A DNA stretch of 63,972 nt, counting the filler, from Ministeria vibrans ATCC 50519 (taxonomy: Eukaryota > Protista > Filasterea): NCBI GenBank assembly GCA_943704425.1. It is 16 parts of 16 records of this genome, joined end to end, with 100 filler letters (N's around TTAATTAATTAA, not from the genome) between each part and the next. Parts side by side here need not be neighbours in the genome. Positions count along the whole stretch, not along the records: positions 1 to 2,202 come from CALSCP010002476.1; positions 2,303 to 24,686 come from CALSCP010000099.1; 14 more parts are not named here. The stretch is one strand, 5' to 3'. Under the pieces are notes generated by a model. The model was not told where the DNA came from. It did no database searches and was given only the letters and a program-made list of their open reading frames with translations. Position numbers and translations under genes: made by a program. Shown here one piece after another: positions 1 through 10,040 of the stretch. Each line of letters starts with the position of its first letter. The stretch's first letter is position 1.

Positions 1-146
1 AAAGTGATAGAGAGAGAGAAACAAAGTGATAGAGAGAGAGAAACAAAGTGATAGAGAGAGAGAAACAAAGTGATAGAGAGAGAGAAACAAAGTGATAGAG
101 AGAGAGAAACAAAGTGATAGAGAGAGAAACAAAGTGATAGAGAGAG
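1..146. repeat. Intronic minisatellite (AGAGAGAGAAACAAAGTGAT)n
   Basis: About 6 tandem ~20-22 bp units; the same unit recurs at ~27850, 29000-29170, 45340-45540, 51805-52050 and 56160-56470. Confidence 0.9.
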
Positions 147-202
147 ATTGAGAGCTTCTAATACTATTTCTTGTTTCCTTTTCTTCCGTTATTGTTTTGT
201 AC

Positions 203-2026
203 CTGCCCTTCGAGCGTTGTAAGCTTCTGCTGTGACTTTTTCACTTGCTTCTGGTCAGATTTGAGTGTTGTTTGTGTCGTTTCCACCTCTTCTTCCAAAT
301 CCTGTCAAGAGTTGAATGATATCGGTTGAGAAAAGTGTGAGAAGAGTAAGGCGCGTTACTTGAGCTCGACCGAGAAACTTGTCGACTTTGTCCGAGGCAG
401 ATTTGTACTTGCGTTGCACCTCGGCAAGTGCGTCCTGGGTGACGCCACGCTCGCGTTTCGCCTGCTTGATTTGTTCACCAATAGGATTGAGCGTTTGCTA
501 ATGATTGTAAATAAAAGTGTCAAGGGGGAAGGAGAAGGAAATCAATGGAGAGTACCTCCTTTGCACTGAGTTCAGCGACCAGTCGATCACGCTCCTCCTT
601 CGCGGCCACATACTCCAGACGGTACTCCTCAAAGCGAGTCCATCCCAGCAGTTTGCGGAATGATTCTTTCTGGCGCGTCAGTTTAAAGCGTTTCTCATGG
701 ATTGCCACTGAAGCAGGACAAAAAAAAAAAAAAAAAAAGTTGGGGGAAGTACAGAGACAAGTAAGCACAAGAGGAATAACCATTGTTCAAGGAAATCACC
801 TTGCTGCTTGAGCTCAGTCTGTCGGTGAGATTTTCTGGCTCGCTCGCGCTCCAAGTCCTCAAGATTGACCTGTGCAGTTAAAGGAGAAAGGGGGTGGCAG
901 GAGTTGAGTTGACCGAAGCAAGCAATTTGGGTCACGGTACCGAGTCACCCTGATCCTCTTTGTACAATTGAATGAGGCTCTTGTGTGTCTCGACCATTTC
1001 ATCACCACCAACGGCCTTCATTGTTGCCTCAAGAAGCTACAGACGATACAAAAATGCGTTTTGAATGCGTTTTGAATGTCAGGCAGAATCACAGTCAGGA
1101 ATTCAAAGAAACACGGTCAAGAGGGAGACATTGACATCAAAACATGAAAAGAAAAAGAAAGACACATAATAATAACGGAAGAAGGAGAGAGCAAATACAG
1201 CAGATGGACAAGAAAGACAAGGAAAATGATGAGATCGTACACAAGTACACGAGAAGACACAAAACAAGCAACAATGCTATTATTGACATTGATTGGTTCG
1301 CACCTCTTCGGGAGACATGCGGGCAAATTGGACCACCATGTCCTGCGGCAGAAACTGGCACTTGTTCTCCAGCTGAATGCCCAAGCTCGAAATGTGTTTT
1401 TTGATTTGCTTTACTGTTGCCATGTGTCCGTCAATGGACCACTCAGATTTGTTGTGTGCCTACATGAGAAGAAGAGGAGGGATGAGCGGGAGATGGGGGT
1501 CGAAGGAAATGATACTGTGTACACGTGTGATGGTGCGCTTAACGGTACTGTGGCCCGTGTCGGTGCACAAATCAAGTTCGATGATTGCCTTGAGAAGACA
1601 GAGAAGGTGAGCATGAAGAATTTGTTTTTAAAAAAAGTTTCAAAGCACCTGCGCGCATCCATGCTTGACAAATTCACCCACATCCTTTTGTCGGCCCAGG
1701 AGGCTCGTGGCACCCTACGTCAAAGATAAGCGATGTTTTAATATAATTGTACTGTTGGTATTCAGTTGAGGAGCGAGACGTACGTTGAGACCGAGGCAGA
1801 TTGCACAGACCACTGTGGACTTGCCTGTGCCGTTTGGACCAATGACGACGTTCTGCACGAACGGAAAGGGAAGCAGAAAGAAACACAATGTAATCCGAGT
1901 TAAGACAACTGACAACACAAGTCTATGCATATCTTTGTACCAAGTTGGGCCCTGGGTGGAACTCGACAAAGTCGTACGTTACAAAATTGGTGAGTTTCAC
2001 GCGCATGATGGCGCCAACAGGGTAGC
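203..2026 (-). CDS. SMC5: Structural maintenance of chromosomes protein 5, N-terminal part (multi-exon, partial at both ends)
   Basis: Spliced translation GAIMRVKLTNFVTYDFVEFHPGPNL|NVVIGPNGTGKSTVVCAICLGL (Walker A), then IQLENKCQFLPQDMVVQFA (Q-loop), then coiled coil; GT-AG introns. Confidence 0.93.
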
Positions 2027-2101
2027 CTGGTTTGTGTGTGAGTAAGAGAGTGAGTGAGTGAGTGAGTGAGTGAGTGAGTGAGTGAGTGAGTGAGTGTGAA
2101 G

Positions 2102-2202
<101 letters not shown>

Positions 2203-2302
2203 NNNNNNNNNNNNNNNNNNNNNNNNNNNNNNNNNNNNNNNNNNNNTTAATTAATTAANNNNNNNNNNNNNNNNNNNNNNNNNNNNNNNNNNNNNNNNNN
2301 NN
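2203..2302. other. Artificial contig-joining spacer N-TTAATTAATTAA-N (also at ~24731, 25975, 31541, 33824, 36705, 38102, 42228, 43523, 50179, 52131, 54551, 56105, 57913, 62915)
   Basis: Identical 12-mer with stops in all six frames, centred in N runs of equal length. Confidence 0.97.
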
Positions 2303-2690
2303 CTCAAACTCTCTCTCTCTCAAACTCTCTCTCTCTCTCAAACTCTCAAACTCTCAAACTCTCTCTCTCAAACTCTCTCTCTCAAACTCTCTCTCTCAAA
2401 CTCTCTCTCTCTCTCAAACTCTCTCTCAAACTCTCTCTCTCAAACTCTCAAACTCTCTCTCTCTCTCAAACTCTCTCTCAAACTCTCTCTCTCTCAAACT
2501 CTCTCTCTCTCAAACTCTCTCTCTCTCTCAAACTCTCTCTCAAACTCTCAAACTCTCTCTCTCAAACTCTCTCTCTCTCAAACTCTCTCTCAAACTCTCT
2601 CTCTCAAACTCTCTCTCTCAAACTCTCTCTCTCAAACTCTCTCTCTCTCAAACTCTCTCTCTCTCTCAAACTCCTCTCTCTCTTTCAAAC
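2303..2690. repeat. Compound microsatellite ((CT)nCAAA)n
   Basis: Tandem ctctcaaact units at the contig edge. Confidence 0.9.
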
Positions 2691-2699
2691 TCTCTGAGA

Positions 2700-3324
2700 C
2701 CTGAGTAGTCGCAAGAACACGAATCGTGTGCGGCAGACGGTAGGCATATGGTAAGGGCTCAGCGATCACCTGCACGCTTTGCGTCGGTGCCTCGTTCTCA
2801 CACTGATCGCTTTCGTCGAAATACAGCACTCCCTTAGCGCCCCAGTCTTCCGGCAACTGCCGCACCGTGGCCGTGCCTGTCGTCGGTGTCCCACGGCGGG
2901 GAGAGTCTGAGCGAGTCGCTGAGCTGTCGCACCGGCGCAACTCAAACGCACCCTACACACAGCAAGGCATCGGCGATAAGGGATACCAATGGCAGAAACA
3001 CACAACACTCGACGACTCGGCAAGGCGGTGAAGCGGGTCGTGAGTGGAGCGGAAACGAACTTACGATGAGACGCGTTGACTGCGATTTCCCTTGCGCGAT
3101 CTACCAAAATACAACGCGTGTTCAATCAACGAAGACTCCTTGTCCACGGCGTCTCCGAGTACCCTTCGTAGGATGACGTGCGCCCCGTGCGGCACGTCCG
3201 GCAGCGTGGCTCGGCCGCACCAGACGACGCCACTGCGTCTCACGGCGTACTTGGTCCCTTCCCGGTCCAGCACGGCCAAACAAGCCCCCTTGAGGCAGCA
3301 CTCGTGAGGCGGGTCGCTGTCCAT
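2700..3324 (-). CDS. Hypothetical spliced gene, 5' part, function unknown
   Basis: ATG at 3324 (MDSDPPHECC...). Plausible GT-AG introns at ~3161-3101 and ~3064-2953 give an open spliced frame (...VILRR|IAQGKSQSTRLI|GAFELRRCD...WGAKGVLYFDE). Confidence 0.4.
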
Positions 3325-3575
3325 CTCAAGTGCGGAAAGAAGGATGTGTGAAAGATGAAGGAATCAAAATAATAAGTAAAATTATATCGAATGTCGAAAG
3401 AAACCCCAAAATGAGATGTGTGTCACATTGTCGTGCGTCCAACATCTTTGATTGTATGATTACTTTGATTAATTATTAATATGAAGTATCTATTACACCG
3501 CTGAAAGTAACGCGCATCTTCGGTCGTTCGTGCAAATCATAATAATACAATCGTTAGAAGTACAGATGTGACTGA

Positions 3576-4195
3576 CTACTCGTCGTCACCATCCTCATCA
3601 TCGTCTCCAAACGACAACAGCGTCGCGTTCTTCACCGCCTTCGTCTTGGCGAGGACCCGCATGCGCGCACGCTCGTCCGTCTTCTTCTCCTTGGCCGTTC
3701 GCCCGTCCGTCTTTGTCGTCGTTGGCTCGTCCGTCGCCTTCGTCTGCTTGGCCCTTCGCTCGTCCGTCTCCGCGCTCGCCCCCTCCTCGCCAACCCTGCG
3801 CCTCTTGAACACCACCTTCTTGCCCGTCTTGAGCGACTCCCACTCGCCCGTCTCCTTCAGACGCGCCACCTCCTCCGCCGTCAAGTCAGTCGCCTTCACG
3901 GCAACCACCGTCGGCGCATCGTCTCCCAGCAGCGCCCCCGCCTCCTCGTCGTCTGCCCCGTCCCCCACCTCCGCCAACCCTCGCTTCACACGCATCTCCT
4001 TCCGCTCCTTCTCCGACTCCCCATCTACCGCTGCCTGGTGCGCCACAGAGGGAGAGAGCAGCAGCGCCACATGATGAGTCCGTCAACAATCAACAATCAC
4101 ACTCTCTCTCTTTCTTTCACCTGCATTTGCTGCAAAAATTTGGGCGTTGCAGCCTTAAACTCGAGTGTGTTGCGGTGTTTATTGAAGCCCGCCAT
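3576..4195 (-). CDS. KIAA1143: KIAA1143/DUF4604-family protein (2 exons)
   Basis: Exon 1 MAGFNKHRNTLEFKAATPKFLQQMQ|gt; exon 2 has DDAPTVVAVKATDLTAEEV and C-terminal KAVKNATLLSFGDDDED, both family motifs. Confidence 0.75.
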
Positions 4196-4333
4196 TGAAC
4201 TTGTCGACTGAAGTAAGGAAAATAATTATTTTATTACGCTGAAAAATGAAATATTATCGGTGTAAAAATCCTGCGCCCTTGAATAATTTTTCCACATTGT
4301 TGATCAAAATTTTGCCCTTGGACGTCAATCGTA

Positions 4334-6174
4334 ATGAACGAAGAGATTCAAGTGGACACGTTCCGGTCGTCGTCGCCACATGCCGCGGCAACAGGGCTGC
4401 CCAAGGAGGCGCCGCTCCCCGTTGGCGGTGGCGGCAAGTATCTGTTCTGGCTTGCGGCGCTCGTTGCGGCCGTCGGGGGCGTGCTCTTTGGGTACGACAT
4501 TGGCGTGATTGCTGGGGCGCAGGTACGGTGCGGTGGTGGGCGGCGAACGAGGCGATTGTGACGCAGTGCTGGTTGTAGGAGCAAATCAAAACGGAGTTTG
4601 CGCTGTCCAAGTACGAACAGGAGCTGCTTGTGAGCATCATGCTGGTCGGGGCCACGTTTGGGGCTGTCATTGGCGGCTACATTGTCGATCGGTTTGGGCG
4701 CCGCTTCACCATTTCGCTGCTGTGCCTCGTTTTCATTCTGGGCGCAGTGGTGTTGGCGCTCGCGCACAACTTTGCACTGCTGCTCGTCGGCCGATTCATT
4801 GTGGGCATTGCCGTGGCCATTTCGGCCGTTGCCGACTGCCTGTACATTGCTGAGATTGCGCCGACAGGACGGCGTGGCTCGCTTGTGTCGCTTAATGAGC
4901 TGGCCATCACCATTGGCATCATGCTCGCCTACCTCGTCGCGTTCATCTTCGAACACCACGCCGGTGGCTGGCGCTGGATGTTTGGTCTGTCCGCCGTGCC
5001 TGCCGCCCTTCAATTGTGCGGCATGTATTTCTTGCCGTCGAGCCCGCGCTACCTTGTGCTTCACGGCAAACTCGACGAGGCACAGGCGACGCTGATGCGC
5101 CTGCAAGGGTGCACCAGCAACGAAGCGAATGCCATGGTAGCGAGCATGGTTGAGGACATCCAGGCAGAGCGAACCGCTCACACACGCGATCTGTTTCGCT
5201 CGCGTGACCACATGTCGCGTCGCATGGCCATTGGCGTCGGTCTCGTCATCTTCCAACAGTTCAGTGGCCAACCCAATGTCCTCTACTACACAAATTCGGT
5301 CTTCCTTCAAGCAGGCTTCTCGCCGCACCAGGCCAGTCTCTCTTCCGTCTACGTGGGCACCGTCAAGATGTTTGCGACGGCCCTGGCTCTTGCTGTCGTC
5401 GACCGGTTCGGCCGGCGCAAGCTTCTTCTCAGTGGCATCTTCGCCATGCTCGTGGGCTTTATGCTCATGGGCGGCATCTTTGTGCACGAAGACATCCGTG
5501 TGGAGCCTGCCAATGCCACTCAGAGTGCCCTTGCCAATGCCACCGAAGAGGGAGGGTCGGGCGGCGCCGAAGGACTCGGGTCGCTTCTGGGGCTCTTCAT
5601 CATCGTCGCCGGCTACTCCTTCTCGTTTGGGCCCACGGTTTGGCTTCTGCTCAGCGAGATGTTTCCGCCGCGTGTACGGGGCCGCGCCATGTCAATTGTC
5701 ACCGTTGTCAACTGGCTGGGCAATCTAGTCGTGTCGGCAACCTTCCTTGAGCTCATGGAGGCCATCACGCCCGGCGGCACCTACCTACTCTACGGCGCCG
5801 TGTGCGTCTTTGCCCTCCTCTTCGTCTTTGTAGCCGTTCCCGAGACCCGAGGCGTACCCCTCGAGCACATTGGCGACCTCATGGCCCGCCGCTTTCACGG
5901 CTATCTCCCCTGCTGCATGTCACCTCCACTCCACGTCTCCGGCGCAAGTGCCTCCCACGGCTCAGGACACAGTCGCCTCCGTGACGACGATTGCGACGAT
6001 GAACCTTCCACTCGCCCCTCCACCGACCTCTCCAACACCAATGCGGCTGTGGCGCTTCTTGAAGATGATGACGACGACGAAAGCAGCAGCAGTAGCAGCA
6101 GCCGTAGCAGCTGCTGTGACAACGATGACTACGACATCACCAACAACCACACCGCCAGTAGCAGCTCTGTATGA
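4334..6174 (+). CDS. MFS sugar porter (GLUT10/12- or myo-inositol-transporter-like), intron 4523-4578
   Basis: GGVLFGYDIGVI, DRFGRR twice, YIAEIAP..RG, QQFSGQPNVLYY, SEMFP..RG, VPETRG motifs; about 12 TM segments. Confidence 0.93.
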
Positions 6175-6285
6175 TACTGCCTACTTTTTGTAGTGTACAC
6201 TAATAATTGTTCCTGTATTTATTTTTTTCCCGTTCATTCGTTTGTTTTTTGCCTTCGATTTCACTCAGAATATTCATCGCACTAG
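6147..6285. repeat. Direct repeat copy 1 (transporter stop codon + 3' UTR); copy 2 at 9727-9886
   Basis: ccacaccg..tagcagctctgtatgatact..tttttgtagtgtacactaat..ttcgatttcactcagaatattcatcgcactag occurs in both places, with a few substitutions and a ~20 bp indel. Confidence 0.9.
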
Positions 6286-6289
6286 TGGA

Positions 6290-7900
6290 TAATCTCGCAC
6301 CGCGGTCGGTGGTCTGGAACCTGCACGGCACAAGAGGTCGCCAGCTCGCGCATGTCCGGAGGTATATTGCATCTCCACTGCTGGTTTTCATTTCCTTATC
6401 GCGTCGCACATCTGAGCGTCGTTGTGTAGGCCTGCATACGCCGCTCGCCGCTGAACATTTCGCCAAAATACGGCGGGTCTCTATTCCTCTGGGGCTACGA
6501 GACCTTCGCGGGCGAGTATGAAAAATTGCAATCGCATCTCAACTCGTGTGTCCGTCAGCAAACGTTGCTGCACCCCTTACTTCGAACCATGTGTCTCCTC
6601 CAACAATACGCGGAGACTTGTCACATTCCAGTGTTCATGCTGCACAAGTTTGATGAGTCGCTGCGCAGCATGAAGCTGTTGGAGAAACAAACTCCTCCCG
6701 AACTTCTTCCGCGAGACCCGGGGATGCGTGTCTCTTCCGGCATCCGGCCGTGTCGAGAGCCTCTGGCGCGTTATTGCGTCGAGTCGCTCACTTGTGAGCG
6801 CTGTCGATGATTTCATTGTCGCCTTTGGCGATGACGGCATTGGTGCGACTTCGGGCAAGGTTGAGCGAGACTTTCTGCGCCATTAATGGCGTGCAACGCC
6901 TGTTTACTCCGTACTTCATTTGGTGACCGTGACCGTGTGGGTTTTCTCACAAGACTACCTTGAGGTATCTGACACGGAGCAGGCTCGGATGATGCTTGGG
7001 CGAGTCGCAGATTACTTTGGGCCGTACACCCGATGCNNNNNNNNNNNNNNNNNNNNNNNNNNNNNNNNNNNNNNNNNNNNNNNNNNNNNNNNNNNNNNNN
7101 NNNNNNNNNNNNNNNNNNNNNNNNNNNNNNNNNNNNNNNNNTGTTAAGTAGAGGGGCGACGCGCCACCCGATCTGTCCTATCGGATTTATTCTCGGATAA
7201 AGATCGGTTCCAGGCAGGGGCACCTGCTCCGATTGATGGCTTGGCACAATCGAGGCGTGCTTCAACTTGAGCTTGCGGAGGAGAGTGAGCACAACTACTG
7301 TCAAGCGATCCCTGCAGCTCCTCGCGTGCTTCCGGTGCGGTGGAGGTCATCGCCGAACTTGGCCTGATTGAGGTGCGCATGTTGCAAATGGAGTGTTGCC
7401 GTCGTGGTGTCGTCTGGAGCATAACGGGATCAAGCGCACTGAGCTCATGGCGCGTGCAGGAGAGATTTCCCGGTGTTGCCGATGCGCTGGACCGCGGCAC
7501 GGATTGTGGGACCATTTCGGACATGAAGAAAACGCGAGAGCGCTTTGCCACAAGACGGAGCAGTCGTTCTTGCAAGAGGTGCTTGGTGGCGATCTTCCCA
7601 CTTCGGTTGCAGTGCTGGAAGCGACTCAAGCGAGGTTTCAACGGTTAGACCAGTCTCGAGACCACCAGCTTGCTATTGCACGTCATGATGGAAAAGCGCC
7701 AGAGCAAATAATGATACAAATTTCACCCGTGTGGTTGTCGCTGTCGCCAAGATGCATATCTCAAACCCGCCAAACGTCCTCGATTGGCTGGATGTTGTAT
7801 AGCGGGGAACAGCGACTCGTCCACGACCCAATGCTCACAGGTCGCGTCGTCTTCGCAGTAATACCTTTAATTCAGCGGAACCTTTGCCGTGTCCACAAGA
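6290..7900 (+). pseudogene. Degenerate coding-like sequence of unknown origin (frame-broken, one apparent GT-AG intron at 6362-6429, internal N gap)
   Basis: Protein-like stretches (LFLWGYETFAGEYEKLQ..., LIEVRMLQMECC...) interrupted by stops and frame changes. Confidence 0.35.
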
Positions 7901-7945
7901 CAGGGTATGTACGGAGGAAAAGAATAAAAATAAACATACTTTACT

Positions 7946-9259
7946 TCAGTCGTCCTGAACACAAAAATTGTTGAAATAATAAACTGAAGCCATGCCACTC
8001 GCGCGTCCCTCGGCAATAGCGCAGAAGTGAGTGCTCCCGAGAGTGAATTGCATCCAAGTCCGGGGCGCGTCTGCCATCACACTCTCAAGATACTCGAACA
8101 TCAGTGATCGGGCATTAAACACGTACAGGGGCGACGCAATGGAAACATTAGTCCCGGCGTATAAACCCGCAACACCAACAAAGACATGCCCGTCTACTTC
8201 GAAAATGTTGGGGAAAATGCAGCCCACACAGGGAATCGTCTGTTGCAACACCAAGAGTGGCGATCTATCGCTCTGTAGGGTATACACCGCGATATGTTGA
8301 TTATAGTCGTCCCCAAGTTGGTAATTTGCGACAACAAGATAGCCAACTCCGTCTTTTTCAAAGAAATCAGAACCATAACCAACGCGTGTCAGAACATCCG
8401 CAACGGGAACGAGTTCGCTGCTTGTCGCATTAAATGTATACAGAGTCGAAATACTCTCCTTATCATCGACTGGGCCCTGTTGCGTGAGAAAGAGAAACTC
8501 GGCGCCGTCGAAGTGGAAGTGTTTGAACATGGTCGCTCCGATCGTGTCCACAGCCAAAGTTTCGATGAACATGGACAGTGTTTTGTTCCACTTGAACACC
8601 TTCGACATCACGCCAAAGCCGTTGGTGGCCGGGTCGTAAAATTGGGAAAGGGCGAGAAAGCGCTCAGAGAGAACCGAAAACACTTCGGCATGGAACGCCC
8701 CGGTTGTCGGTATTGATTGGATGGGAATAAATGTCTCGTTCAGCCGGTAGAGTGTTGACAAGTGGGAATAGTCCGTGCGCGCAGAATTGGAATATTGTGT
8801 CACAAACAAAAAAGTCTCTGCACCTTCCGTGAAAACTTTCAGTGAAAACGCTTCTTGTGACGGGATAGTCTGTGTCAGTTCGAACACAGGCATGGTACCT
8901 GACCTGTGAATCGACACATGAAAGACCCGTACCATCATTGGCATGGACGGACTAGGAATAGGCGAAGCGACGAGGATCGATGTGCCGTTTGAGAGGGTGA
9001 CAAAGTCGTAACTGCCAACTGCGAAGTCGAACTGGTGAAGGCGTCGCAGAAGAGTAGAACCCATGCAAGTGGATCCTTTTGGCGCGCATGTAGTGCTACT
9101 ACTGGATGTAATGGGGATATCACCGGCAGTATCCGAGCGAACAAGAACGCTTCCGCCAGCAGCGGGTGACAAAACGATATTTCCTTCTTCGTTAAACACT
9201 GATACGCCCTGCGTTGCAACCAGCGCCACGCACACCATCATAAGCGTCAAGAACAACAT
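7946..9259 (-). CDS. Secreted EPTP/EAR-repeat beta-propeller protein, intronless
   Basis: Signal peptide; about 6-7 repeats of the type F..IQSIPTTGA..(F)...FL..(SQ/AN)Y..S.V(F/Y)(K)WN, as in LGI/TSPEAR/ADGRV1 EPTP repeats. Confidence 0.8.
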   Translation of the reverse strand: MLFLTLMMVCVALVATQGVSVFNEEGNIVLSPAAGGSVLVRSDTAGDIPITSSSSTTCAPKGSTCMGSTLLRRLHQFDFAVGSYDFVTLSNGTSILVASPIPSPSMPMMVRVFHVSIHRSGTMPVFELTQTIPSQEAFSLKVFTEGAETFLFVTQYSNSARTDYSHLSTLYRLNETFIPIQSIPTTGAFHAEVFSVLSERFLALSQFYDPATNGFGVMSKVFKWNKTLSMFIETLAVDTIGATMFKHFHFDGAEFLFLTQQGPVDDKESISTLYTFNATSSELVPVADVLTRVGYGSDFFEKDGVGYLVVANYQLGDDYNQHIAVYTLQSDRSPLLVLQQTIPCVGCIFPNIFEVDGHVFVGVAGLYAGTNVSIASPLYVFNARSLMFEYLESVMADAPRTWMQFTLGSTHFCAIAEGRASGMASVYYFNNFCVQDD

Positions 9260-9726
9260 AACCTACGAGTATCAAGGAAATGAACGGAATTTAGACCTGA
9301 ACACACGAGGCGTCAGGACACCCCGATTTGCAGGTGCTACGTTAAAAATAAGCGAGAACGACTCTCGCATGAAATCACCGCCCTCCGCCATCATACATCA
9401 TCCACCAACACACTAAATACATCCCAACTAATGCGTGCGCCCATAAAACATACCCTGATTTGCAGAATTCTCAGAAGATCGCAGAGTGAGAACTTAGAAA
9501 AGCAGTGAATAGGAGATGGTGTCCAAGGTGACTCAGCCGAGCCGTTTGATCGTGACCTCTCAGTCGCCGAGATCACCTCAATTCGCTGCTCTCGCCCCTG
9601 CCATGAACAACGTCTACCAACTCACTCCCGCCACCAACGGAGGACAAATGCGTGCCACTCGAGTCGACAGACAGGTTGTTTGCCAATTCAAAATCAAAGC
9701 TGCCGCGTTTCTGCTGACCTTGCGAC

Positions 9727-9886
9727 CCACACCGTCACTAGCAGCTCTGTATGATACTACCGACTTTTTGTAGTGTACACTAATTGTTCCTGTATTTTTT
9801 TTTTCGTCAGACATCCAATCCTAATAATATCCGTTCATTCGTTGGTTTTTCGCTTTCGATTTCACTCAGAATATTCATCGCACTAG
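9727..9886. repeat. Direct repeat copy 2 of 6147-6285
   Basis: See copy 1. Confidence 0.9.
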
Positions 9887-10040
9887 GCCACTAGTACTCA
9901 AAAAGAGTAACGCAACTGTATTAACATTCATACGAAAAAACATCGACAGACACACACGTCAACAGAAATTAAACCACACCAAAACAAAAACAAATTAATA
10001 TAGAAAAGGATCAAAGAAAGAAAGAAGAAAGAATATATCG

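Noticed and set aside
6805-6850. FIVAFGDDGIG as viral RdRp motif C
   Set aside because: No recognisable motifs A or B upstream and the frame is short; a chance match is likely
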